A stretch of 64,000 nt of DNA, taken from the NCBI GenBank assembly GCA_004022145.1, contig RCNU01000006.1, one strand, 5' to 3'. The stretch is from Paecilomyces variotii. Taxonomy: Eukaryota. Below are positions 38,401 through 50,195 of the stretch, one piece after another. Made by a program: the position numbers and the translations under genes. Under the pieces are notes generated by a model. It was given only the letters and a program-made list of their open reading frames with translations. It ran no database searches and was not told the DNA's origin. Numbering within the stretch: position 1 is the stretch's first letter; every line of letters starts with the position of its first letter.

Positions 38401-40439
38401 TAAAAGCAGCTATTTTCTAGGGTCTTTATAATAAAATATTTATTATCTTTATCTATAGAGATCTTAAATCCCTAACTCTTTAGTAGAATAAATAATAGAA
38501 TATTATTATTAACTCCTAGAATATAGTAGATATTAGAGATAAATAATAGAATATTATTAAATTATATTAAAATAGTATTAGTTCCTTAAAACAATAATTA
38601 TTCTTTATAAATACTCTTAAAGTAAGCTATAGGGATTCTTATAGGTTTAAATACTAAGAATATCTCCCTTTAAGTAATTAGGTAGATATCTAATCTAATA
38701 TCTAGTATTTAATTCCCCTTTATATAATATATAGGTATTACTTCTAGTATAGCAGAGATACTATTAATTTAGTAAACTATAGATTAAACTAGGAGATTAG
38801 GACTTAATAATACTATAGGTTTAGAAGTTATATTATTCTAATTCTGTAGTAAATATAGTTTAAGATATATTATCTAATATCTCTTTATAGCATAGCCTAA
38901 TCTATTGCAAATACTATATAGCTTCTATAAAGCTCTAGGTCTTAAATCTATAGACCTTATTATAGGCCTTAATATTACTAAAATATTTTAAGCTGTTAAT
39001 CTCTATATAGATCTAATATTAATAATAGCTTTCTTATATTAGATAAGATCCTTTAATACCTCTTTAATATTCAGATTTTTAATATCTAAATATTTAATAA
39101 TACTAGTAGTATAAAACTGCTTAAAGTAATTATTTACTTAGCTAGGCTTTTATTTAATAATAAAATTTAGAAACTAGTTATAAAAGAGATCCTCTAGCAT
39201 AATATTAAGACCTTAAAGCTTAATAAAGATATACTCTGCCTTTATATAGGCAGAGGTAGGTGAGATTAATATAGGGAGATTAATAAGCTCTATAAATTCT
39301 TAATAGAGCTTAACCTAATATATAGATCTAGTAATACTAAATTATTTATTTAGCTTTAGCTAGATATTAGCAATAATAAGCTAGTCTAAAAATTAAATAA
39401 TTTTAAAAATTCCTAGGTTTAGCAATATTATAATTTAATTCCTTATAATAAATTAAGTAATCTTCTATTATTAATTATCTTCCTTAGGTAAAGTGCTTTA
39501 ATTAAGGATATTAAAATCCTTAATATCTAGGTTGCTAACAGTAAGCTTAAACTACTAGCTCTAACTCTAAAAATTATTGCTATTTAATTATAGTTAAGAT
39601 ATCTTTAGCTGTTTAAATATATTATTAATTTACTTACATAGTAGATTAACTTTAATATTATAATATTTCTCCTACTATTATAGCGGGGGGGGATTTAATA
39701 GAGTAATAAGATTTATAGCTAATACTAATTATAGCATTAATTACTAATAGCCTTAAATATTTAAATATAGGAATAAACCCTAATATATTTCTAATATAAT
39801 AGGATAAATATTATTTAGTTCCTATTCTATAGGTTAGTAGAATATTTCCTATAAGAGAATATATAGTAGAGAAGTAATTTTATAAACTAACTCTATTAGA
39901 GTATTATAGGAGATCTCTATATAAATCTTCTCTAGCTATATAGATACTATCTTAATCTCCTCTTATAATTACTTATTAAGAATAGGGTCTGTTAGCTCTA
40001 TAGAAAGGATTAGTTTATTTAATAAAGAATTAGCTACTTATTACAATATTAAAATAGCTAAGAATCTTTTAAATATAATTACTTATATATATATAATAGG
40101 TATTAGATTATAATTTAGATTTAATTAAATAACTAGTAGAGCTTTTTTAAAGGTAATATAATATCTAAAATAGTAATACTATTATACTATATTAGACTAT
40201 AGTAGATAACTAAATATGCCTACTCTTAAGCTAGCACTTTTAACAATTAAGGCTTTTTAAAGGTTTATTAGAGAAAAATTTTCACAGATTAATAAAATAC
40301 TAAAATAGGGTATATTTTAAAGCTATAAAAACTTATAATAAATAAATAGAACCTAAGGAATTTAATAGGATAAATAAAATATTAATTCAACAAATAACCA
40401 GCTCGTTACTTAAGGGGTAAAGATAAGGGCGACATAACC

Positions 40440-40568
40440 TAAAGGAAGTGGGAGAAAGCTTGCTTAATTGGATCTAGGAGCTAGGCGAAGCCTATATAGG
40501 CTCGCCTAGGTCACGTGATCACTAGGGAGCAGGGCGCCGAAAGGGGCAGCCGGAGGGGGCCTTCAACA
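40440..40568 (-). repeat. 5' LTR of the copia element (PBS-like GGTTATGTCGCCC adjacent, inside)
   Basis: Matches 35274-35402; followed by GAAGA at 40569-40573. Confidence 0.95.
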
Positions 40569-40967
40569 GAAGACAACTAGCTGTTGGGTTAAGAGCGGCC
40601 CTTCCCGCACGCCGTCGATTTCCAAGTGACAAGGGGCCCGTAGGCACTGGCCCAAAAGAGGAAATCACTGACAACACCGAGACCTGTATATCCCTGTAGT
40701 CTTGCGATAGCGCAGCACTTAGATTCACCCGCTGCTGTGCCGCTCTGTCAGGCTTATCCGACAAAGCACCGAAGAACATCCATGCGTGGTTTGTGAGTAA
40801 AATATCAGTTATTACAACCGCATGGTTCCCTTTCGTTTTATTGAAATATCTCCTCGAGGACATTTCCTGCCTATTTCACAACCTCGTAGTAATAGTACCA
40901 GTCTGTGACTTCTCATATTAACTGGAGATACCAGGATCATTTCAGACAGCTGCACAGCACGCTCATA

Positions 40968-42393
40968 ATGTCTGCCCCGCCCGTTACCGTCGAGGTGGAT
41001 ACTGGGGTTTGTACACATTCATTACCTGGCACTTATCACAATCGCCTCACTTACATTTTTATAGCTCGACAGTGACTCGGCCTATGGAGATGAGATGTGA
41101 GATAGCTACTTGAGATTTCTGAATAAACAAGCTAAATGTCCACAGTTCCAAATACACCGCGTCACTTACCTCGACGGTCCTTGAGTCTCGAAAGGAGAAT
41201 GGAAGAACATATCATGGATACCGTGATGGCGGCAAGTGATTTGACTCTCTCATACGTCAAGTTCAAATCGGCTAACCTGAATTTTCCCTTGCGCACAGCC
41301 TACTACATGCCCAATGACGAGAACGAAAAGGAGCGGCTGGATATGATGCATGAATTGATGCTGACGATGATGGGTCGGAAACTCTTCCTGTCACCGATCG
41401 GTTCCTCACCTCATCGTGTATTGGACCTAGGTACAGGTACGGGAATGTGGGCGATGGAATTTGGTAGGTTGATGGATGACATGGCTCTGGATAGATACTG
41501 ACAATGGACAAAAAAAACATCAGCGGACCAATTTCCTTCCTCGGAGGTTAGAATCCTGGAAAGAACTACGATGTCGTCGCAAAAGTCACTAAATTCCAGT
41601 CTCCTAGGTCATCGGGATAGATCTGAGCCCCATTCAGCCAAGTTTGTGAGTGATTTTAGCCTCTTATAATGGAAACGTCGCTAACACACAGTCTACTTAG
41701 TGTTCCACCGAATGTCAGATTCATAATTGACGATTTCGACGACACATGGGTAGAAAAAGATCTCGACTTCATCCACGGCCGCTACTTAGCCGGTTCTTCT
41801 AAGGATTTTGCTAAACTTCTACGGGAGTGCTACAAGTATCTCTCCACATCTCCGTGACCATGGAACCCTGTCAATGCTAACTCAGTTATTCAGCAATGCT
41901 GCTCCAGGAGGATGGGTCGAGTTCCAGGAGTGGGACACAGGGTTGTTTTCTGAAGATGGAAGCACGGACGGTACATCGATCAAGCAATATTACGAGATTC
42001 TGAATTCAGAGTTTGCGAAAATAGGCCGTGTCATAAATACCGGTCCGCGGTTGGAGGGCTGGATGCGCGATGCGGGATTTAAGAATATCCAAGTCAAGAA
42101 ATATCTGGTCCCCATGGGAGCTTGGCCGAAGGACAAACATCTGAAGACTCTGGGTGCATGGAACTTCGTGGAGGCAGAGAGTGGCTTCGAGGCGGGTGTT
42201 ATGGCCGTACTCACCAGACATGCTGGATGGAGCAAGGAAGAAGTGGACGTTCTTGTCGCGAAGACTCGTAACGATGCGAAGAATCCTGCCATTCATACAT
42301 TGTTCAACTTGTAAGTTGTCTTCTGATTCCATGTCGTTCATGATGCTAACGATATCTTGAAGCTATGTTGTCTACGGCCAGAAAGAAGAATGA
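40968..42393 (+). CDS. LaeA-like SAM-dependent methyltransferase, about 9 exons
   Basis: ENGRTYHGY, YMPNDENEKERLD, VLDLGTGTGMWAMEF, GIDLSPIQP, VPPNVRFIIDD, PGGWVEFQE, YVVYGQK assembled across introns. Confidence 0.9.
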
Positions 42394-42898
42394 TGAACCC
42401 CAGGAAGGGGCTGGATGACCATCATGTGAAGTTCGATTTAGTTTGTCTCTATTTACCCACTCAAAATCACCAAAAAGCATATCACATACCTAATAGCTCT
42501 TACCGAACACAACCTTCTATGCAATGCTGAATCATTAAGCCTCATGTTGTAAGGGAATCTTGCCCCGACGACAGCCTTGAAAGTCATATAAGGGTTGTTG
42601 CCATATCCTACGCATATGTCACTAGAGAATCGGAGCATTATTGCATGTATCCCTCCAGATAGAAGGTGCATGTTTCAGTAAGAGGTACAGTTGATGATAG
42701 GGTCAAATAAGAACTCAAATCTATAGAATCGCTTAGCCAGATATCTAGGGTGGAATGGATATACATCGCACTAAAGCGCGTTATTCTTTTCATCCTTTCT
42801 GAGACACTCATAAACTCCGTCTAAAAAGCTTCTTGCAATATGAAAAATCTCAAGTCCCCGTCCGTACGAAAATGGTGAAACAAGGTCGTTTCTAGCCT

Positions 42899-44059
42899 TC
42901 ATCGCCTGCGCTTCGACTTCGTCCACATCTTAACAAAGTCCAACTTTTCCTGGACACCTAGTCCAACTCTCTTGACTCGGCCAAGTCGAGCAAGCGCCTC
43001 TCCCACGTAGTCCAGGAGAGCTCTCTGTTCCCGCGTCAGAGAAGCATCCGATCCCCCTTCGGAAGCATTTTCTTGCAGTGTGTCGAAGTAATTGCTGTCG
43101 TAAGTGTTCTTGCGAGTGTCCTTGAGCGACGAAGTCTCCGATTCCACCTTATTGATAGAACCACCTGCCGTGACACATTCCGCAATCCTAACACGGATGC
43201 AATGGGTCGGTTTGCTCAATAGATTCCAGAAGAAGGTCCGGTAACTTCCAGGGACCGGTGTCGTCACATCCGCGGGTGTATAGCGCAGACTGAGCGGAAA
43301 TATTTTGGTATTCGAAGGTACCTCCAGAAGAGCGTGACTCAGAGGCAGAATTCCGCGCCCATTAGTTGTTGTGCACTCTGGAAACATAACGATGGGTCGA
43401 TTCGGGTTCTTCTCAAGGAGAGTGCGAATGTCAACCATGCGTGCGCCAGAGGGCGGGGCTAGCTTAGGATACGATAACGCCCGCAAAATGGCTTGGAAGA
43501 GAGAGATGCGTTCGACCTGGCGCGTAGAAGGGTAGCATGCCGTAAAGATCGGGTCAAAGATAGCAGCCAGGTATACAGCATCAATGGGCGATGTGAACGA
43601 GGATGCAATGATGGAGCCCGGCCCTGGTAAGCGTTCCTTGCGCTGCTTCGCGAGAGATCTGAGACACTACTGTCAAATCCACGTTCTTTTTCTTTCAAAA
43701 TGCTCCACAGCTGACATACCCTCTCTTCACTCCATCAATCTGGAGGTCAATCCACCAGATGCTAGGGATACCCAGAATACACCACAGAGAAGCCTTCTTT
43801 CCGAGAGATCCAATGGGAAGCCATTGGAGAATCAAGAAATATGTCAACGAGACGACAAGCAGCAGCGGGAGTCGAAAGCAGAAGAGGAATATATGGAAAG
43901 GTAGGTAGAGGCCCGCCGGCTCTGTTGGGATGGGAAGGAAAGGCGCAATGCCGGAGCCTACGAAGACAGGTCAACTCAGCCCCGAAGATGTCTTTTTTTC
44001 TTTTGAAATAGAATGTGAGATTGCATACCTCTATCGCGGAATTGGGAGAACTTCTCCAT
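42899..44059 (-). CDS. LOA1: Lysophosphatidic acid acyltransferase Loa1/Vps66
   Basis: Starts MEKFSQFRDRG|SGIAPFLP; SPIDAVYL and FPECTTTNGRGIL acyltransferase motifs; two introns. Confidence 0.85.
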
Positions 44060-45792
44060 GGCTAGCAGCGATAAATATGGACAGCTGATGTCATGTAACG
44101 TCCAATATATGCTAGGCGACAAAGACCGCGTTGCAACGCAAGTGGCAAAAGAGGGACTATTACAGGAACTTGAAACGATTGCCCCAGATATATATCGCCA
44201 TGGAAGGCTATCTAGTGGCACAAAGATACGGTGTCATTTGTGCACACACGATCTTTCTGTCCCATTTTCTGTCAGCTCTGGCCAGTTTCACATGCGAGCG
44301 CTCCTTCCGCCCACGTGACCGACATCGGACGATTTTCCGAACAGTCAGACAACGGGAGAATTCCGACTCGTTCATATCACTGTCATTATCATCAGTTCAT
44401 TAATTGATATAAGCCTCTGTCGATTAACAAGTCATTTCTATGACCACGTCAAGGTTGTGGAAATACCCAATCAGATCTATCAAGCTCTGCATGGGACAAC
44501 AGGGACCTGCATCGGCCCAGAAGATCGGGGAAATCGTGGTCATTCCTCAGTATCGGGTTTCCCACATATCAGACATTCGAATACGGTAATAACTTGACAG
44601 CTCTTTCATTTCCGTCATTTTCTCTCTCAATTGATTAATATATACAGGGATCAAATGACCTATTGGTGGCCGGGGCTTTACGTGATTCTTCTGTACTTCC
44701 GGGCTTAGTGCAGACCACCTAATGCAGAGGAAAGAAGATCCAGTGCTAGAGAGCGGACAGATAAGCGTCCAGTAGCAACGCAACAGTCCTTGGGTCCCTA
44801 TTACAATCCTTTAAGCACGTGCGGCTATGGAAATGTCTTATACGCAACAGCCCAGCGAATGGCATGCATCATTCCTATCTCTTGATGCTTACCGCGATGC
44901 TACCGCTAAAGGCTTTCTTCAATAGTCAGCGAGTGTTGTCGTGCAGATAAGTTCCCTGCAATAACTAACTGGCAGTCAGAATTCAAAACTCTGTCTCCGG
45001 ATCTGCCGGGAATAGACGCCATATTCTACTACTAGGTCTCCCCTGGTTGGGTCTGTCACCTAGTCAGTGGCGCTTCGTAGCAGCAAATAACTATTACTCA
45101 AGTACAGTGTGCAGGAATCGGTCTCTTTGGTTTAATATATCAAACACAGCCTGAAACATCTGAACTATCTTTCAGTACTGCACTCCCGTTCTCAAACCTT
45201 TCTGCATGCACCAACCTCTATAGCCGCCAGGATACTACCGAGTTCCAAGCAGCCAAGGATCTTCTTGTTTTCTTCCTGAGACGCCCCTCGACACGGATTT
45301 CCATCTACATAGTGCAATGAAACTAGTCCGCTAGTTCAGGTCATAAGTAGACCACCACTCATAACCCTCCGCCAAGTCGGATGTCCAGAATTTTTCTAAC
45401 GATTGTTCGGCTGGTCACCAGTGTTTTCTCATACCCCGTCCCATTTACGTCTAGCTGTGGCCGTATTCACTTCAAGTAGAGCGAGAGGAAGCTACGTTGT
45501 CAGAATCTCATTAGTTGGAACTATGAGACAACAGTTTCTATCATCGGGAACGAAGATACAACTATCGCGAGAGTACATACATCCACCTCTTTTTTCGATA
45601 CACATCAACTTTGTACATGATCTGGCAACCGCTTCCTTCTTGTTCTTCATATATCGGAGTAGCCAGTGATCCGTCCAGTCTCGACCATGTTGTCAAGATA
45701 GGGACGCTCAGATAATCTTGTCTTCAGAGCCCGTTCTTGTGGCCTTGTCTGGCGGCATGGCTCCTTTACTCCAGACTGGTGGTCTGGAGGAA

Positions 45793-47307
45793 TCAAGTAT
45801 TGATATCCTTGGTTGGAGTCTCCACGAGAGTTTCATTAGTATGCGGTTTGATACTCTCTGCGAAGGACAAGAGTCTCAGACGTCTCTCATATATATTCTT
45901 AAGACCAATGCGTCGTTTGTCGTCAGCAGCATTATGGCCTGTGATAAGAACAATCATGAAGAAGGACTCAATAAGGCTTGGCGGGACATTGCATAGGAGC
46001 TGACCGGTTGTACTCCATCTCATTGCGCTGGCGCCAGCAACCAGGCCACAAATGGTGAGAACCCCAGCTACAACGGTAAGCTCATGAGATGAGATCTTGT
46101 TCACGAGTTCCGAGACCTTCTGAGTAGGTGACGGTTTCCCGATCGTTTCCTTTTCAGGCATCGGTATACTGAGAATAGCATAAAGCTTTTCGTCTTCAAC
46201 TTCAACCCGAGAAAATTCGTCATCCACATATTTGCCGAGCCTGTTCTGCATATTACGGAGGACAAAACCGTCATTCATACCGACGAGGCCAGCATATGTT
46301 CCTATGATGAGCCACCAGTTGGAGCTGAAGTGCAACAATGGTCCAACGGCAACCCAGACGACGATGACAACCGTGAGAATCCCGATACCAACTAGAGTTC
46401 CAACAAAGTCCGCATAGTAGTATATAGCCCGTTGTATGATACCGACCTTTGGCGCTGGAAGAACGACAATGGCATTTTCAGCATCATCTCCAGTGAGATG
46501 TCGAAGGCGCGCCTCTACCATCGAGTCTGTCTTGAATATTGCGTCAAGGCATTTATTCATGTACGCTGAATGGCGCTCTCGGATATTCGCAAGGAAAGCG
46601 AAGATGAAGACCATGAGTGCAGAGGAAGCAGAGTTCATATAGAGCTGCCAGTTATTGCTCCACCCGCAGAGACGACCAATCCCGATCCATATGAACACCC
46701 CAGCCCAGTAGAGACTGACGGTAGCGAGATGACCGAACACATGGGATGCATAGGTAGTAAAGCGCCCAAACCATGTCTCCGATGGGAAGTCGACTCGATA
46801 CTTATCAAGAAGGGTTTTGTTCTCTTCGGCAAGTGGCACGCCCTTTTCGAACATATCCGTTTGGGAGTCACGGAGTAGTTTTCTCAGCATCCGCTCGTGG
46901 CTCATCAACCTTGATTGCAGCGTGGCAGCAGCTGCCATTCCCTCTTCATAGAGGTTCAACTCCTGACGCACTAAGAACGAATCGAAGACATAAGCAACAA
47001 TGGCCTGAACATCTGAGATCGCCACCTGCCAACTATCCGCGGTACCGTATCGAATACCCAGAAAAGCCCACGCAAGTAGCCCAGAAATGATAACGAAGAA
47101 AACAACTTCGGAACCTGAGAACTGGACGACACGGTCCAGCCACCGGTCAAGCATCCTCGCTTTCACAGGAACAGTATAACCAACTGAGTCTGAGATATCT
47201 GCCTGTGTTTTACCATCCAGACCGTGCGATACTCTCTGAGTGGGTGCCGCTGCTTCGATTTCGCCTTTTGCACCAGGCGTGCGAAGATACCGGAGAATGC
47301 CTTCCAT
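45793..47307 (-). CDS. FET4: Low-affinity iron/zinc permease, Fet4 family, intronless
   Basis: Repeated Fet4-type segments WQVAISDVQAI, NNWQLYMNSASSALM, NWWLIIGTYAGLVG, TTGQLLCNVPPSLIESFFM; multiple TM helices. Confidence 0.85.
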   Translation of the reverse strand: MEGILRYLRTPGAKGEIEAAAPTQRVSHGLDGKTQADISDSVGYTVPVKARMLDRWLDRVVQFSGSEVVFFVIISGLLAWAFLGIRYGTADSWQVAISDVQAIVAYVFDSFLVRQELNLYEEGMAAAATLQSRLMSHERMLRKLLRDSQTDMFEKGVPLAEENKTLLDKYRVDFPSETWFGRFTTYASHVFGHLATVSLYWAGVFIWIGIGRLCGWSNNWQLYMNSASSALMVFIFAFLANIRERHSAYMNKCLDAIFKTDSMVEARLRHLTGDDAENAIVVLPAPKVGIIQRAIYYYADFVGTLVGIGILTVVIVVWVAVGPLLHFSSNWWLIIGTYAGLVGMNDGFVLRNMQNRLGKYVDDEFSRVEVEDEKLYAILSIPMPEKETIGKPSPTQKVSELVNKISSHELTVVAGVLTICGLVAGASAMRWSTTGQLLCNVPPSLIESFFMIVLITGHNAADDKRRIGLKNIYERRLRLLSFAESIKPHTNETLVETPTKDINT

Positions 47308-48713
47308 TTTATCAGCGATTTACATGCGTATCGACTGTATGTAATCGAATAGAGACCTCGAGGAGATCCTTGAAGATTTATATGGTAAGTCAACAGTCAA
47401 TCAGGACATAATAGAGCTCGCGATGCAGACGTAGCGGTACCTTGATTGAATCTATGGACCTAACTTGTCGTATCGTCTGTCCGAGCAGCCTCCACTTGGA
47501 TTCCAAAAGGATTGAGCAGACTGTAGTTGCCCATCCGCAGTTCTGTCCGGAATATACTCCAGAGGTGATTCCATAAATGTGTGTATTATCTGTTCGCGTG
47601 CAATATGCATATACAGATCGTTTTTGTAGAGTTAATAATGGTGAGAGATTGTTGCCTTTAGAAGAACAGACATAGACTATAAGGAGATGGAGAGTGCTAT
47701 TGATGGAAACATTATCCTTCTTTTTTTTTCCCCCATCTCCCTCCCGTGCTGTGCCCCTCCTAAGGGCCCAGCCGATTTAATCTGGTTGGCTTCTCCTTAC
47801 CGCTGAAAACGTGGAAAAGGAGTCTAATAGATGAGGCATTTATCTGAACCAACAGCCGCGGCTAATTGACTCGCGACGCACAGGAAAATGGCTCTCTGAA
47901 CTTATGATAGAACATTCCAGCTGACCCTGTCGCAGATGCCACCGTGAAATTTGTCCTGGAAATCCAGTGGATTCGATACAGAATTGCAGACATAGTAAAG
48001 CAGTATTGACATAGCTCACGGGTAAAAACAACCTTTTCGGAGCGATAAACTATCATATACTGTTGATTATTCGTTGCAACAATATCATTTTCAGACACTA
48101 ATATCATAATTGAGCACGTGGAGTTTACAGCCCTTCTTCTGACCGTACAAAATAAGTCGGTGAGTTGACCTGCGTACACTAGTTAATCGTACTGAAGTAT
48201 GGGGTAAGGATCCCGTTAAGCCGGGACCACTCAGAAGCTTGGCGTGACATAGCTAATAAAGAGCCAAGAGAAGCCTAAATCTACCGACTTGAAATTTTTT
48301 TTCTTTTTCTTTTTCTTTTTTAATACTTGGAGCTTTCCGGGGCTGGTTTCCCAGCTACATTGGATAGCGCCTTAGGCTTAAGTAGCCTTCGGTGACCGGT
48401 TCGTGATGGACGCTTAGCGCCGCAGTCGGCCTTGCGAAGCGTCTGAGCGGGGTTTCGTTACTTATTAGTCCATTATTTCCGTTATTTGCTTTTTTTAAGC
48501 AATCAATAAGAAGCATCACCTGAAATTCTATATTAATATTGCCCCTGCTGACCTTCGTCGAAGGATTTGGCCGTGACATCATTTACTACTAGGCTCAGCC
48601 CCCCTCCCCAAAAGAGCCACGTTAGCCTCTATTGATGACTCCCGTTATATAAACCTAGAATTACTTTGCGTTAGTGACAAGAAAGTACACATAACATTAA
48701 TATCTCTTTCAAA

Positions 48714-49514
48714 ATGGTTGACATCACGGATGAAATTTATGCCTCTCGGTACGCTGTCCTCCAAGACCTCTTCAACAACAAAATATCTCTGCAGCAAGCC
48801 ACCTCCAAATTAGCGTCCATCTCATTGTCCGATGATGATCTCAATCTTACATGGAACCTCATTATTAACTGCGCGTGTGAATTTCCCGAACGTCACGATA
48901 AGCTTGTCGATGTACTTGTCTGCCTCTCAAAGCTACCAGATGCTACAACGGACCAGGGGGTACCTCTTAAAAAGTATGGATTGCAAGTTTGGAGAGACTT
49001 GCCAATGTTTGACTGGGAGCTCCGCGAAGAGTGGGATGTACGATCGATACCTTCTGGCCCTCCTGACTGCCGCCAAAAGGCAATCTCGAACTTTATCAAT
49101 TTAAACAAATTCACTGCACTCCTCATGGCGACAGGGGAACCAATACTCGAATTCTCTTGGTTCGCGCTTATAGCCTTAAGCACTGCGCTCGAAACTCCGC
49201 CAAACCAATTACCAGCGACGGACCCTCTGGACGCATACATTCCTGCTGCTGCCGCCTGGATTGAGACCCTAGGTGTGGATATATATCAATGGGACGAAGA
49301 GCACGAGCATAGACCTTTGTCCGGCATCCCTGGCGAGGGGGGTCCACTGTGGAAAGGAAAACACAGTTTTTGCAAGGAGAGGTGGAGGTTTTGGCGGGAA
49401 AGGTTTGGGGAAATGGCTCGGATAGATGATGACCTTGGAGAGGGAGCGAGGATAGCAGCGAGGGAGGCTGAGCTAATGATGAGGGATATTGAGAATGGCG
49501 ATGTGGAGGAGTAG
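48714..49514 (+). CDS. DUF3632-like fungal protein, intronless
   Basis: VWRDLPMF, FINLNKFTA, AAAAWI, GPLWKG..FCKERWRFWRERF, recalled as typical of DUF3632. Confidence 0.7.
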   Translation: MVDITDEIYASRYAVLQDLFNNKISLQQATSKLASISLSDDDLNLTWNLIINCACEFPERHDKLVDVLVCLSKLPDATTDQGVPLKKYGLQVWRDLPMFDWELREEWDVRSIPSGPPDCRQKAISNFINLNKFTALLMATGEPILEFSWFALIALSTALETPPNQLPATDPLDAYIPAAAAWIETLGVDIYQWDEEHEHRPLSGIPGEGGPLWKGKHSFCKERWRFWRERFGEMARIDDDLGEGARIAAREAELMMRDIENGDVEE

Positions 49515-50195
49515 AGGAATAAGATAACCCAGACTATTTGACGTCAAGCGTAACAATCATCTAATTAGTACACACATAATACAAGACAACAAGGATAACT
49601 ACCTGAGCTCTCCGAGATCATCTGACTGCACTGGCCGAACAATCGTCCTTCTTCGTGTAAGAGCAGCAGCCATTAACTGCTCCCATCGGTTGATAGAAAT
49701 CGGCTGGAGGCGCAGGCACTGAGTGGGCAGGGTGTTAGTGTTATGTGGACTGAGTTTATAAGAGATCCGACATGACTGAATTTTGCTCATTCATTGTGAT
49801 CAGCCAGCTGAAGGTGCCTAATCTTGCTGAACCAAGTCCCTTGATAACCTTGGTTTCTTAGATTAGCTGTATAAAGGATGCCCCCATTTCAAAGCCCTTT
49901 GAATGTTTCAGAGCCTTACTTGAGTTGATCCCAACAAGAACTGACATTTGAAAAGCTGCTGGTTTGAACCATTCCTTTGACAGGGAGATCAATGTCTGTT
50001 ATAGAAATTTTGCTAACTAACTAATGAGCGTTGCGATATATACAGCTAGTGAGAGATCGTACAAGATTAAGTTAAACGAGTGTCTCTATCCAAGATCAAG
50101 CTTCCAATCCACTCTCCAACTTGTCAAGGCCGGTCAATTCGCTACAATAAGGCTGTAGCTAAAAAATCCAAGCCTTTATTGCGGGAACAAAGGTT

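Larger units (their letters stand above)
35274..40568 (-). mobile_element. Full-length Ty1/copia LTR retrotransposon inactivated by RIP
   Basis: 129-bp LTRs and a 5-bp TSD GAAGA on both sides. The extremely AT/TpA-rich interior retains mutated motifs on the minus strand in copia order: CCHC knuckle (~38900), protease *ILDIRLDIY (~38700), pre-integrase *H*ILSY (~38190), RT AFLNR / ALYRL / YINN (36474-36485), RNase H SSNKAKY / NIANNFIKGL. Confidence 0.95.

Noticed and set aside
45770..45790. 8-bp hairpin CTCCAGAC-N5-GTCTGGAG just past the FET4 stop
   Set aside because: Too short to distinguish from chance; intrinsic terminators are not a fungal Pol II feature
47439..47444. CAAGGT (ZafA/Zap1-like core) upstream of FET4
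   Set aside because: A single hexamer with only a partial flank match; expected by chance
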